Assembly (NCBI RefSeq): GCF_006345805.1
Contig: NC_043007.1
Location: 73,842,001-73,906,000, forward strand
Source: Octopus sinensis
Lineage: Eukaryota
Direction of reading: 5' to 3'
DNA length: 64,000 nt
Shown: piece after piece, positions 13,017-23,975 of the stretch
Position numbering within the stretch: the first letter of the stretch is position 1
How the letters are laid out: each line of letters begins with the position of its first letter
Notes under the pieces: model-generated
The model's database searches: none
What the model saw: only the letters and a program-made list of their open reading frames with translations
What the model was told of the DNA's origin: nothing
Made by a program: the position numbers and the translations under genes

Positions 13017-13597
13017 ATATATATATACATATAAATAAATATATTTAAGTGAAAAAATTGGTGGATTTTTTTCTCTTATGAGGTTTTTCATGCTGACTAC
13101 TTGATAAATTCTTATGAAGATTTTTATCCTATTTTTTAAATTGTATATTTATTTTTTTATTTAAACAAGAATATATTTGTTAAGATATTTTGTATTTTAC
13201 AAGATTATTTACGTATATTTATTAATTTATCTAATTAATTATCTTTATTGTTTTTATTTTTAACCTGAAGTATGACTATATTTATATTGAAGTAATTTTA
13301 TTATTATTATTACGATTATCATTTCTTAAATATAGCCATGAAACATGTTTCGTTATTCTACCAAATATATACATTTTATTTATTATTTTGCACATGACAT
13401 AATCATTGTTATATGTTTGATCATGTAGTTAATCTTTCTATAAGATGTAATTTTTCTAAATGGTATAATTTAATTTTTCATTATTGAATTAATAAAAGGT
13501 GTTTTTTTCTAATATATATATATATTATATTTTGTGAAATTTGATTTAGTATTTCTAAATTGAATTTTTCCCTGTAAGTTTGGAATAACATTCCCTC

Positions 13598-13661
<64 letters not shown>

Positions 13662-13799
13662 TATATATATTACGGAACATCTCAGCTCATATCCTTTATC
13701 AAGTCTCATAATATAGCAACACTTTTTCACCATAGTAAAAGTGCTGAGGCTAAAAAAGATAATTTACATCAAAGTTAGCCTTTTAAGAAACTAGGTGAT

Positions 13800-13945
13800 A
13801 TAGGTGCAGTTGTGGCTGTGTGATTAGAAGCTTGCTTCCCAACCACATGGTTTCAAGTTCAGTCCCACTGTGCAGCACTTGGGCAGGTGTCTTCTACAAT
13901 AGCCTCAAGCCAACCAAAACCTTGTGAGTGGATTTGGTAGACGGG
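13800..13945 (+). mobile_element. tRNA-derived SINE family A, 5' part
   Basis: Pol III A-box-like tggctgtgtg and B-box-like gttcagtccc, followed by cttgggcaggtgtcttctacaatagcc and ggatttggtagacgg. Confidence 0.85.
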
Positions 13946-13949
13946 ACCG

Positions 13950-14143
13950 CATGTGTATCGTTGGCGATTTTTTTTTCCTGTCTTCCCTTCTCTGGATCTT
14001 TCCTTCTCATATGTTTCCGACGAAGAGCTCCGGTCGAAACGTTAAACCCTCCTTCTTTCCTTCTTTCCTGAGCGTCCAATAATACTATATTTGTTCCTTG
14101 TCCTCGCATTGTTGTGTTTTTTTGTGCTTTCTTGTTTGGATTA

Positions 14144-14150
<7 letters not shown>
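13950..14150 (+). mobile_element. Non-coding TA-tailed element carrying a hammerhead-like motif (Penelope/retrozyme-like)
   Basis: Motif at 14013-14047, then a ~100-nt pyrimidine-rich tail, then (TA)n. An inverted, more diverged copy lies at about 14190-14390. Confidence 0.6.
14013..14047 (+). ncRNA. Atypical minimal type I hammerhead-like motif
   Basis: GTTT-CCGACGA-A-GAGC-TCC-GGTC-GAAA-CG-T-T-AAAC. Stem I is GTTT/AAAC and stem III is the palindrome ACGT. It has a U4C variant and an extra A after A9. Confidence 0.5.
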
Positions 14151-14187
<37 letters not shown>

Positions 14188-14281
14188 ATAATTTTAATCC
14201 AAACGGGAAACAAAAAAACAACAACAATGGAACAATTACAGTATTATTATTTATAGGCGCTCAGGAAATGGAAGCAGGGAG

Positions 14282-14316
14282 GTATGACATTTCGAGCGGA
14301 GCTCTTCGTCGGAAAC
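14282..14316 (-). ncRNA. Atypical minimal type I hammerhead-like motif, second (inverted) copy
   Basis: Minus strand reads GTTT-CCGACGA-A-GAGC-TCC-GCTC-GAAA-TG-TC-ATAC, with a perfect stem II and a GUC triplet. Confidence 0.5.
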
Positions 14317-14499
14317 ATAAAGAAGGAAGAGAGAGGAAAGAAAGATCCCAGAGCGGGCAACAGGGAAAGAGAAAAAAAACGACTGGTGTTTACGAGTTGC
14401 ACATGGTGAAAGGCGGATGTTTACGATAACAAGAGCAAAGTGGGTTTTTAAAGGCAAAAGAGTGGAGACAAGGTTGGTAACGCAACAGATGTGTGTGTA

Positions 14500-16610
14500 T
14501 GTGTGTGTGCGTGTGCGTGTGTGTATGTGTGTGTGTGAGGCGAGATAAAAAAACAAAAAAATATATGTGTGTGTTAGTGTGTGCGTCTGTGTGTAGGCGT
14601 GTGAGGTAGGGCGAGACAATGGTCAGCTTAGCAGACAAGGTCAGTAGTAAGAAAAAGAAGGAAGGAGGAAGGGAGGGAGGGGAAGGGGTGGGGGCGTATG
14701 TAGCGTGCCAGCGTGTGTTGAGTAGTAGTGTGTGTGTGTGTCCAGTGTCGTGGTGGTATTAATGGCGAGTAGATTGAATGTGTGTAAGAGTAATGTATAT
14801 ATTTAAGCAATGTGTGTATATGTGTGCGCGTGTGTGTAACGAAAAAGGGGGGGGGTTAAGGAAAAAGGACTCCAGCTGAGGGGAAGATGGAAGAGTGGTC
14901 CCGCGGAGACGGGCGTGGGAAAACCCAACGACACGCGACGGTCCCAGGAACGGGCGGGAGGTCTCGTCGGGTCCAAGAGCGAGATGCATGCGGCGCGTAT
15001 GCGTGCGCGAACCGGCGCAAGCGCGTGTGTGCGCGCGCCTGCAAGTATGCGCGTAAGTATGTATGTGTGTGGATGTGTGAGTGTGTCTGTGTGTATGTCT
15101 GGGTGGCAGTGTGTCCGATGAATGTATGTGAGTATGTGTGTATGTATGTGTGTGCATAGATGTATGTCCGTGTGTGTGTGTATGTGTATGAGTGTGTATG
15201 TATGTACGTGTGGGTGTGGGGAAGTGTGTGTATGTGCATGTGTGTGCGCGTACATACAGGTGTGTGAGTGAGTGTGTGTGTATGTATGTGTGAGTGTGTA
15301 TGTATGTGTGTGTAGGATGCATGTATGTGTATGGGTGTATGTATGCATGTGTGTATGTATGTATGTGTACGTGCGTGTGTGTGTGTATGCGTGTAGGTGT
15401 GCGCGTGTGCATGCATGCATGCATGTGCGTATGTGTGTGTGTGTGCATGTGTGGGTATATATGTATGTGCGTATATGTGTGTGTATGTGCGTACATGTGT
15501 GTGTGTGTGTGTATGCATGTGTGTGTATGTAGGTGTGTAGGCGTGTGTGTATAGGTGTATGTATGTAAGTATGTATGGGTGTGTCCGTGTATGTGTGTGT
15601 ATGTATGTGTGTGTATGTAGGTGTGTGGGCGTGTGTATATGTGTGTGTATGTAGGTGTGTGGGCGTGTGTATATAGGTGTATGTGTGTATGTCTGGGTGT
15701 GTCCGTGCATGTTTGTGTGTGTGTATGCATGTGTATGTAGGTGTGTGTGTACGTGTGTAATGTATGTGTGTATGCGTGTGTATGCGTGCGTGTGTGTATG
15801 TAGGTGCGTGTGTATGTGTGTGGGAGTGTAGGTGTGTGTGTGCGTGTGCGTGTTTATGTTGGTGTGTGCGTATGTGAGTGTATGGGTGTTTGTCATGCAT
15901 GTGTGTGCGCGTGCAGGTGAGTGTGTGTGTAAGTATGTGTGTGTGTATGTTTGTGTGAGTGTGTATGTGTGTATGTCTGTGTGTATGTATGTGCGTATAG
16001 GAGTATGTAGGTATGTGTGTGTGTATGTATATGGGTGTATGTATGTATGTGTGTGTGTGTGTGCATGTGTATAAGTATGTGTGTGTGCGTATGTGTGTGT
16101 ATGTGTATGTGTGTGTGTTTATGTATGTGTGTATGTATGTGTGTAGGCGTGTGTGTGTAGATGTATGTATGTATGGGTGTGTGTCTGTGTGTGTTGTGTG
16201 TGTGTGTATGTGTATGAGTGTGTATGTATGTGTGAGTGTGTATGTGTGTATGTGTGTGTGTGTATGAATGTAAGTGTGTGTGTATACAAGTGTAATGTAT
16301 GTATGTAGGTGTGTGTGTGTGTGTGTGTATGCGTGTGAGTGTGAGTGTATGGGTGTATGTCTGTGTGTGTGTATGTCTGAAGTAGGTATGTGTGTGTATG
16401 TATGTATGTGTGTGTGTGTGCAGGTATGTGTGTGTGTGTGTGTATGTGTGTGTGTGAGTAGGTGTGCGTGTATGTATGTGGGTAGGGATGCATGCGAGTG
16501 TGTGGGTATGTATGCATACATACGCACGCGCACATCCGAAGCAAGCCCACACACACGAAGCGCGCTCACGCACACAACGCACAAGCAGTACAACGCAAAT
16601 ATATATATAT
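14500..16610. repeat. Long imperfect (GT)/(GTAT) microsatellite field with an embedded GC/CpG-rich patch
   Basis: About 1.5 kb of degenerate gtgt/gtat from 15040 to 16520, with a CpG-rich patch at 14860-15060. This is the source of the HT- and CV-repeat pseudo-ORFs. Confidence 0.9.
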
Positions 16611-16612
16611 AT

Positions 16613-16820
16613 AGGCGCAGGAGTGGCTGTGTGATAAGTAGCTTGCTAACCAACCACATGGTTCTGGGTTCAGTCCCACTGCGTGGCATCTTGGGCAAGT
16701 GTCTTCTGCTATAGCCCCAGGCCGACCAATGCCTTGTGAGTGGATTTGGTAGACGGAAACTGAAAGAAGCCTGTCGTATATATGTATATATATATGTGTG
16801 TGTGTCTGTGTTTGTCCCCC
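16613..16820 (+). mobile_element. SINE family A (young copy, 3' truncated)
   Basis: ggcgcaggagtggctgtgtg...gggttcagtcccactgcgtggcatcttgggcaagtgtcttc...aagaagcctgtcg followed by TA/GT. Confidence 0.9.
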
Positions 16821-16824
16821 AACT

Positions 16825-16960
16825 CCTATTTGCCAGTTGAGTGGACTGGGGCAATGTGAATTAAAGTGTGTTGCTCAAGGACATATTGTGTCATCAGGAA
16901 TTGAACTCACAACCTTATGATCATGAACCAAATGCCCTAACCACTAAGCTACACACCTTC
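16825..16960 (-). mobile_element. tRNA-headed SINE fragment (V/Meta-domain-like)
   Basis: Minus strand has gtagcttagtggttagggc...gagttcaattcc, then tccttgagcaacacactt and ccagtccactcaactg. Confidence 0.6.
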
Positions 16961-18319
16961 ACTTAGTTATTCAATGAAATTCTTGCAATGAGGCATTTAT
17001 ATTTATTTTTTGTATGACTTTGTCAAAAGGACACGGACAACATCCCCGTTCTTGTGCAAAGTTTCTAAGACTGAGTAGAATAGTGGTAGTGAAGGAAGAA
17101 ACCAAAATTATTCATAAACTGGTTTACATGCATTTAACAGAAGGGACTCAGATCAGATAGTAGTATTAAACCAGTGACAGATTGAGAACAGGCACTGGCT
17201 ATTGGACAGTGCTTCAGCACAGTTTCCATCTGGCCAATTTACATTGATTGAGCGAACCTCCTATGTTATGTTCTTTCTATCATTTTGTTAAATATTTATA
17301 TCAAGTGTGTGTGTGTGTATACACATGAATATACATGAGTGAGTGGACAAACGAAAGAAAAGACACTCAACACATTCAGTAGGGGTTACATGTATTATTT
17401 AATACTGTTTAATTTGGCTCTGTGAGACTTAGTTTTATGGGCTTCTAACAGAAGCCCATTTTTTTCATGCTTAGATTACCAAATCATTCGGTAAAGAAAG
17501 AGATGGGTTTGTTAGAGGCCCTTGAAACTTTGTTACACAGATCCTAATCAAACTGTTTAAATAATAAATATTTTAGTCGCAATATATGGATTCAAGTAAT
17601 CTGGTAATACTCATAAAAAAAGCTCCTTAATGTTTCTACAAAATATAAAATATATAGTATGATACAAGAGAAATTGAGGATGTAGCTTGTCTGTCTATCT
17701 ATAGTCAAACAAATCAACCTTTAATCAAACAAATCAACCCCAGAACTTATTGTTTGTAAGCCTAGTACTTATTTTATCTGTCTCTTTTGCTGAACTGCTA
17801 AGTGATGGGAATGTAAAAGATAAGACCTACATCTATACATACATACAGTCATCATCATCATCACCTTTTTCCGTGGTGGCATGGGTTGGACTTATATATA
17901 TATATATTATTCCAGAAGAATTCTTGGAAATACCATTATCAACATTATATAAATATATAACCCCCTGATCAATAAAAGAAGACCCAAACTGAAATAAGTG
18001 GGATGTAAAATTGATTGCCTAAATTCTTTGAAGACATTGCCCTGGCATAGCTGCAGTTCAATGACTGAACAAATAAAAATGAAATAAATACATATGTTAG
18101 GCTTCTACACAGTTTCCATTTCCTGAATTTTCACTCTCAAAGCATTGTTCAATGTCAGGCTACAGTAGAAAACACCTTTTTCATGAGTGCCATACAGTGG
18201 AATGGAACCTAGAACCTTGTAGTTACAAAATGAATTCTTTAACCACACAACTATGCCTGTGCCTATTGTTTTAACATTTTTTTTTTCTTTTTGTTTAAAT
18301 TTTGCACATTATGTATCGA

Positions 18320-18775
18320 AATCGAAATCAAATTCGGTGACTGGCATCCGTTGCTAGTGGAGCGCTAAGAGTACCACATGAGTGAGATCATTGCCAGAGC
18401 AACAAGCTGGCCTCCGTGCCGATGGCACGTTAAGCACACCATTCAAGTGTGATTGTTACCGCGTCACCTTACCAGCATTTGTGCTGGTGGCGTGTGAAAT
18501 ATTCGAGCGAGGTTATGCCAGTGCCGCTGGACTGGCTCCTGTGCAGGTGGCATGTAAAAAGCACCATTTGGCGTGGCCGTTGCCAGTACCACCAAACTGG
18601 CCCTCGTGCTGGTGGCACGTAAAAGCACCAACTACACTCTTGGAGTGGTTGGCGTTAGGAAGGGCATCCAGCTGTAGAAAATCTGCCAGATCAGATTGGA
18701 GTCTGGTTCGCCAGACCTCAGTCAAATCGTCCAACCCATGCTAGCATGGAAAGCGGATGTTAAATGATGATGATG
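18320..18775 (+). mobile_element. 5'-truncated copy of the RTE LINE 3' UTR
   Basis: ggtggcacgtaaaagcacc...ggagtggttggcgttaggaagggcatccagctgtagaaa...ccaacccatgctagcatggaaagcggatgttaaatgatgatgat. Homologous to 3888-4100. Further copies lie near 11040-11185, 21295-21480, 24520-24665, 29660-29830 and 33950-34210. Confidence 0.85.
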
Positions 18776-18901
18776 TATGATTTGTGTTGAAAGTTACTCT
18801 AACATGGCTAATTCTGAATGTCATAAACTTTATCAGATTTTTGATGTTTTTGGTGATGAGCAGCTGTTTGAATTTCTTAAGTAGTTTCAAATCTCAGTTT
18901 C

Positions 18902-19229
18902 TATAAACTGAATGCAGCACATGTTCAAAATATTTCGTTGATAAGAGCGTTGTAGTTCGCTTAATGCATATTAGTTCCGAAGAAGGAAAATAAAAGGGAA
19001 AATAAGAAAGCTTCTAAGTAGGACGCAGTCTTGGAAAAGTCCAGTTGCACTGATTCAAGACTGTTTCCTTCGAGGACGGGCCTTTGTGCCTGAAATATAA
19101 AGGTTTTTGTAAAAGTTTCTGCATTCTTAGAAGTTTTCTTATTTTCCCTTTTATTTAGTTGAACTTCAAACTAGGTGTTTGTGTAGTTTTCACCAGTGGT
19201 TGTGCAAAACTTGTATTATTCAGTTTATA
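18902..19229. mobile_element. Putative Tc1/mariner-type MITE with nested inverted repeats
   Basis: Terminal tataaactgaat / attcagtttata (TA at both ends). An internal 31-bp inverted repeat (18988-19018 vs 19126-19156) has one mismatch. Confidence 0.55.
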
Positions 19230-19254
19230 TATTCAACCATGTAGTCACCTCATT

Positions 19255-19675
19255 CTTATTTCTTTATTGCCCACAAGGGGCTAAACATGGAGAGGACAAA
19301 CAAGGACAGACAAAGAGGTTAAGTCTATTATATTGACCCCAGTGCATAACTGGTACTTATTTAGTCGACCCTGAAAGGATGAAAGGCAAAGTTGATCTCG
19401 GCGGAATTTGAACTCAGAACGTAGCGGCAGACGAAATACCTATTTCTTTACTACCCACAAGAGGCTTAACATAGAGAGGACAAACAAGGACAGACAAAGA
19501 GGTTAAGTCGATTATATCGACCCCAGTGCATAACTGGTACTTATTAAGTCGACCCTGAAAGGATGAAAGGCAAAGTCGACCTTGGCGGAATTTGAACTCA
19601 GAACATAGCGGCAGACGAAATACCACTAAGTGTTTTGCCCATTGTGCTAACGATTCTGCCAGTTCACCCCATTCT
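19255..19675 (-). mobile_element. SINE family B (tRNA head + Deu/Nin-like central domain), tandem dimer
   Basis: Sense strand has ggcagaatcgttagc (A box), gagttcaaattcc (B box) and gactttgcctttcatcctttc(a/g)gggtcga..aataagtacc. The last resembles the Nin/Deu SINE core. Confidence 0.8.
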
Positions 19676-19861
19676 ACCACATAGTTTATTTTCTAGTTTT
19701 ACTGTAAATCATTGTTGCCACCTCTAATTGTTGTTGTGTTTGTTGTTTGTCTCAGATCAGTTCGGAATGAATAGATTTATGATGAAAATATTCTAGCCAG
19801 CAACATCTTGCCTTTTTTTCCCCCTAGAAATAATTTATTTTGAAGAATGTGTACTTATACA

Positions 19862-20180
19862 TATGCGTAGGAGTGGCTGTGTGGTAAGTAGCTTGCTTAC
19901 CAACCACATGGTTCCAGGTTCAGTCCCACTGCGTGGCACCTTGGGCAAGTGTCTTCTACTATAGCCTTGGGTCGACCAAAGCCTTGTGAGTGGATTTGGT
20001 AGACGGAAACTGAAAGAAGCCCATCGTATATATGTATGTGTGTATATATATATATGTAGGTATGTGTTTGTGCGTCTGTGTTTGTTCTCCCAACATCGCT
20101 TGACAACCGATGCTGGTGTGTTTATGTCCCTGTAACTTAGCGGTTTGGCAAAAGAGACCGATAGAATAAGTACTAGGACA
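19862..20180 (+). mobile_element. SINE family A, near full length
   Basis: Head, internal (TA)/(GT) tract and tail (cttgacaaccgatgctggtgtg...agaccgatagaataagtactagg). Confidence 0.9.
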
Positions 20181-20274
20181 TATTTCCCTGGCACTCATGT
20201 ATTAAACATGTTAGATATTCCCAATTTTTTCAACCACCAGAGTAACTTGGGATCTATGAAGTGAAAACTCAATA

Positions 20275-20600
20275 GGGGTTAGTGCGTCTGGTCACAACCA
20301 TGATGTAGTGAGTTTGATTTCCCAGAATGGACAGTGTGTTGTGTTCTTGAGCAAGACACTTTATTTCATGTTGCTCCAGTTCACTCAGCTGCAGAAATGA
20401 GTTGTGACGTCAATGGTGCCAAGCTGTATCAATGTTTGCCTTTCTCTTGAATAACATCAGTGGCATGGAGAGTTGAGGCTGGTATGCATCGGTGACTACT
20501 GGCCTTCCACAAACAGCCTTGCTTGGACTTGTCCCTCTGAGGGTAACTTTCTAGGTGCAATCCCATGGTCATTCATGACTGAAGGTGGTCTTTATGTTTT
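20275..20600 (+). mobile_element. SINE family C (tRNA head, V/Meta-like domain)
   Basis: Homologous throughout to 53510-53845: gtgttcttgagcaagacactttatttc..gttgctccagttcactcagctg..gggtaactttctaggtgcaatcccatggtcattcatgac. Confidence 0.85.
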
Positions 20601-20959
20601 TACTCAGAAAGTATGAAACAAAGATTAACTGAAAGTCTGAAAACATGCATGGACATTTTGAACAAACTTATGAAAATGCATTGGTCAGACAAAGGGTTAA
20701 CATCTAGTTTGTTTTGCTGACATAAATTAAGTTTGTGCTTCTGCATGATATTGTGGCTCATCTTAAACTAGTTTCATCTGATTTGTCATGCTCAGCATTT
20801 TCAGATTTGACTCGCCATATTCTGTCTTCCACTCATTCCTTCTACTATCATTACAGAGCTACTTTCTTTTTCACCATGCACCTCTCGTTGTTCTTTCCCA
20901 TTTGACATCTGATGACATCTTTAATGGCCAACTCTCCTCTGCTCCAGTTTTCAAGCACG

Positions 20960-21167
20960 TTAATCCTTTTGATACCAACCTGTCTTAGATCATCCCTAAA
21001 TCTATGACACAAGCTTCCTTTTCTAAAGTGACTTAAATTAAAACCTTCCATCAAAATTTCATGTTATGTACTATATACACCAGCTTAATCAAGACAGATT
21101 TTTGCTACATTTCTTCATTATTTTCAAAGTAGTGTATTTCAACCGAAATAAGGTAACAAAAGGTTAA
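20960..21167. mobile_element. Second TTAA-flanked MITE family
   Basis: ttaatccttttgataccaacc ... aacaaaaggttaa. Related sequence lies near 9990-10200 and 31615-31830. Confidence 0.55.
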
Positions 21168-22289
21168 AGTTGTACATAAATTACTTTTGATTTTACTCTC
21201 CTTCCCTTCTTTTTAGAATCCTATAATTTATCAGAATTAACTCTTTATATATGCATTCTGACATTTAGATGTTCATTTCCTATAATGGTACTTATCATCA
21301 TTTAATGTCTGTTTTGCATGCTGGCATAAGTTGGACAATTTGACAGGAACTGGCAAAACTGAAGGCTGCACCAAGCTCTGCTGTCTTTTTTTAGCATGGT
21401 TTCTTTCTTATGGCTGGATGCCCTTCCTAACGCCAACCACTTTACAGAATGTACTGGGTGCTTTTTACATGGCACCAGTAGGAGTGAGGTCACCAAGTAA
21501 CATCAGGACAAGATCCCTTGACTGGTGTGGAGTAGTATTGCGGGACAGAAAAAGGTGTCTTGCATTAGAAGAGAAACATGGTGATGTGACATAAAGGGGA
21601 CAGGGGTCATACACCCAAGTATCAGGGTGGTGTAGACAGTGAAGTGGGTTGGGGATTGGAGAGGATGGGTCTATCTGTGAACCTTGTGACGTTTCTGGCC
21701 CAGTGGAACTTGTGCTTTCAATATTCTGCAATTACTTTGTTCACTCCACTCCATTCTTTGATTATCTCACTTTGAATATGTTCTCGTAATGATATTCCTA
21801 GAATGGATCATTCTAGAGTAGATGCGAGATGTCAAATCTGGCCTGTTTGAACTCTGGCCTGTTTGAACTTAGTTCTTTGTTTTGTAGCCAGTCAATGTTC
21901 TATCCTCTTCATAGTAGCCCACACCTCACTTGCATATAAAGATGTGCTTAAAACAAAGGTAATCAATACAATATATGTACCTCCTTATATATTTTAGTTA
22001 ATTTCTCTGTTCATCTCCATAACTCATCATCTCCATGTTGAATTTATTTATAATCCTCAGGTGTCAAATTACTTTTTAACTTTAATTCAGCTCAATTAAA
22101 AACAGTAGATTTCAGAATTTGGCTTACTCTGGTTCCATAAGGAGCAAGTGACTTCTTAGAATGTTAGAATCCTTACTGTATCACTTGTGTACTTTGAATC
22201 TTGCTATTATTTTTGTTTACTAATATCTGGACTTTAATTTAATTGTATTTTTATTAAAGATGTATTTACAATATTAACAAATTGCAAAA

Positions 22290-22731
22290 TTGACCCTTTA
22301 ACATTCAGATTACTCTCTCAAATGCAATGCTAATTCATTCACATTATTTTGAATTAATCACACATTATCTTGTAGCTGCAAGATTTCAATGATATGATTG
22401 TACATTTTTAAAATGATATTGTAATGTGAGTGTGAGATGCTGGTTCTGGCCAGTTTGAGCATACATACAAGTAGAATATTTGAGTCAGACATATCTGGTT
22501 TAACTCTTTTGTATTCAGATTATTCTGTCAAATGTAATGCGTATATATTCACATTGTTTTGAATTTATCCTGCTTTATCTTGTAACCTTGAGATGTCGAT
22601 GATGTGTTTGTTTAGGTTCAAAATGACATTCTAGGATAGATGTGAGATGTCAAATCTGGCCTGTTTGTACTTAAAGCAAGTAGAATATTTTGGCCAGACA
22701 CGGCCGGCTGGATTAAATGCTAAAGGGTTAA
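22290..22731 (+). mobile_element. Two tandem piggyBac-type MITEs
   Basis: Two copies of ..ccttt(a)gcattcagatta...gaatgacat...atctggcc..tttgaacat..aaatgctaaagggttaa, joined at TTAA (22500-22503). Confidence 0.75.
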
Positions 22732-22845
22732 TAAATGTATCTGAATATTTTCTCTTGTCTTGATATCCATTTGAAAGAAAATTCTTACTAAACAATATTT
22801 TTTTTTATATATATATATATATTTTAGAGTATCTTGGATTGCTGT

Positions 22846-23051
22846 ATGTCTACGCTTCGAGAATGGAAGAAGTTAGCCTGGTTTGGCACAATTGCATTCA
22901 CACTTTTTACGTTAATGAACTTCTTTCAATACACAAAGAACCAGACTAGCATCGATGCCAGAAATAATATTCCAGCTGGAAAGGAAAAAGGACATCTGAA
23001 GACCATCATCGACATGTTATGTCCAAACAGTGGCACACTCTGCACTGAGAG
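22846..23051 (+). CDS. Exon 1 (coding) of a type II membrane glycosyltransferase-like protein: cytoplasmic tail, TM anchor and stem
   Basis: An acceptor AG at 22826-22827 precedes ATG 22846. The exon encodes MSTLREWKKL-AWFGTIAFTLFTLMNFFQY-...LCTE. The donor is AG|GTTTGT after 23051 (phase 2), which matches the phase of the next exon. Confidence 0.8.
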
Positions 23052-23257
23052 GTTTGTTAGTCTTATTTCTATATACCCTTAACACTTAGCATTAGGAATT
23101 ATTTTATTTTGCTTCTCTCAAGTACTTTTTCGTCATTGAATACAGTTTTGAGCACCAAAACGTCTTTGACTATGCTTATTTATTTCCATCATAAGTTCTT
23201 TAGATTTTACCATTTCAAAACACAAATACTTCATAATGCCTTGTTTCTCTTATATAA

Positions 23258-23369
23258 TTATCCCCTTGTTGAATGCATCAGTTCTCGTCTGATCACCGAA
23301 GTTAAGCAATGTCGACCCTAGTTAGTTCTTTGATGGGTGACTGCTTGGGAAACCTAGGGGTTGTAAGCA
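23258..23369 (+). pseudogene. 5S rRNA-derived fragment / pseudogene
   Basis: gttgaatgcatcagttctcgtctgatcaccgaagttaagcaatgtcgaccctagttagttctttgatgggtgactgcttgggaaacctaggggttgtaag aligns to metazoan 5S, with box A and box C recognisable. The 5' end is degenerate. Confidence 0.85.
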
Positions 23370-23379
23370 TCTCACATTT

Positions 23380-23730
23380 TAGGTGCAGGCATGGTTGTGT
23401 GGGAAGAAGCTTGCTTCCTAACCACATGGGGTCTGTCCCACTGCATGACACTTTAGGCAAATGTCTTCTATTGTAGCCTTGTGGGTGGGTTGGTAGACGG
23501 AAACTGAAAGAAGCCCATCATATATATATGTGTGTGTCTCTGTGTCTGTGTTAGCCCCTTACCACCACTTGGCAACCAGTGTTGGTGTGTTTATGTCTCC
23601 ATAACTTAGAGGGTCAGCAAAAAGAGACTGATAGAATAAGTGCTAGGCTTAACAAATAAGTATTGGGCTTGATTCATTTGACTAAAAATTCTTCAACACG
23701 ATGCCCCAGCATGGCTGCAGTCTAATGACT
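23380..23730 (+). mobile_element. SINE family A (CpG-decayed)
   Basis: Head, microsatellite and tail are all present, and CpGs are mostly converted (e.g. gactgatagaataag). Confidence 0.85.
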
Positions 23731-23802
23731 GATCACCAAAGTTAAACAACTTTAAGCCTGGTTAGTATTTAGATGAGTGACCACTTGAGACACCTAGGTG
23801 CT
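23729..23802 (+). pseudogene. Second 5S rRNA-derived fragment (3' two thirds)
   Basis: ctgatcaccaaagttaaacaactttaagcctggttagtatttagatgagtgaccacttgagacacctaggtgct. Confidence 0.75.
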
Positions 23803-23975
23803 CAAAACCTAGGCACAGGCATGGCTAAGTGGTTAAGAAGCTCACTTTGTGACCATGGCATTGCACCTTGAGCAATGACCTTTTACTTAAGCTCCAGGCC
23901 AACCAGTGTCTTCTTAATTAATTTGGTAGGCAAAGACTGTGTGATAGCCTATTGTGTGTGTGTTTATATATATAT

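Noticed and set aside
14759-16854. Long His/Thr-rich and Cys/Val-rich ORFs (up to 683 aa)
   Set aside because: They are translations of stop-free (CA)/(GT) microsatellite with no coding complexity. The same applies to the IY-, S-, E/K- and R-repeat ORFs at 3.6, 41.7, 44.9, 46.6, 57.3, 60.6 and 63.7 kb.
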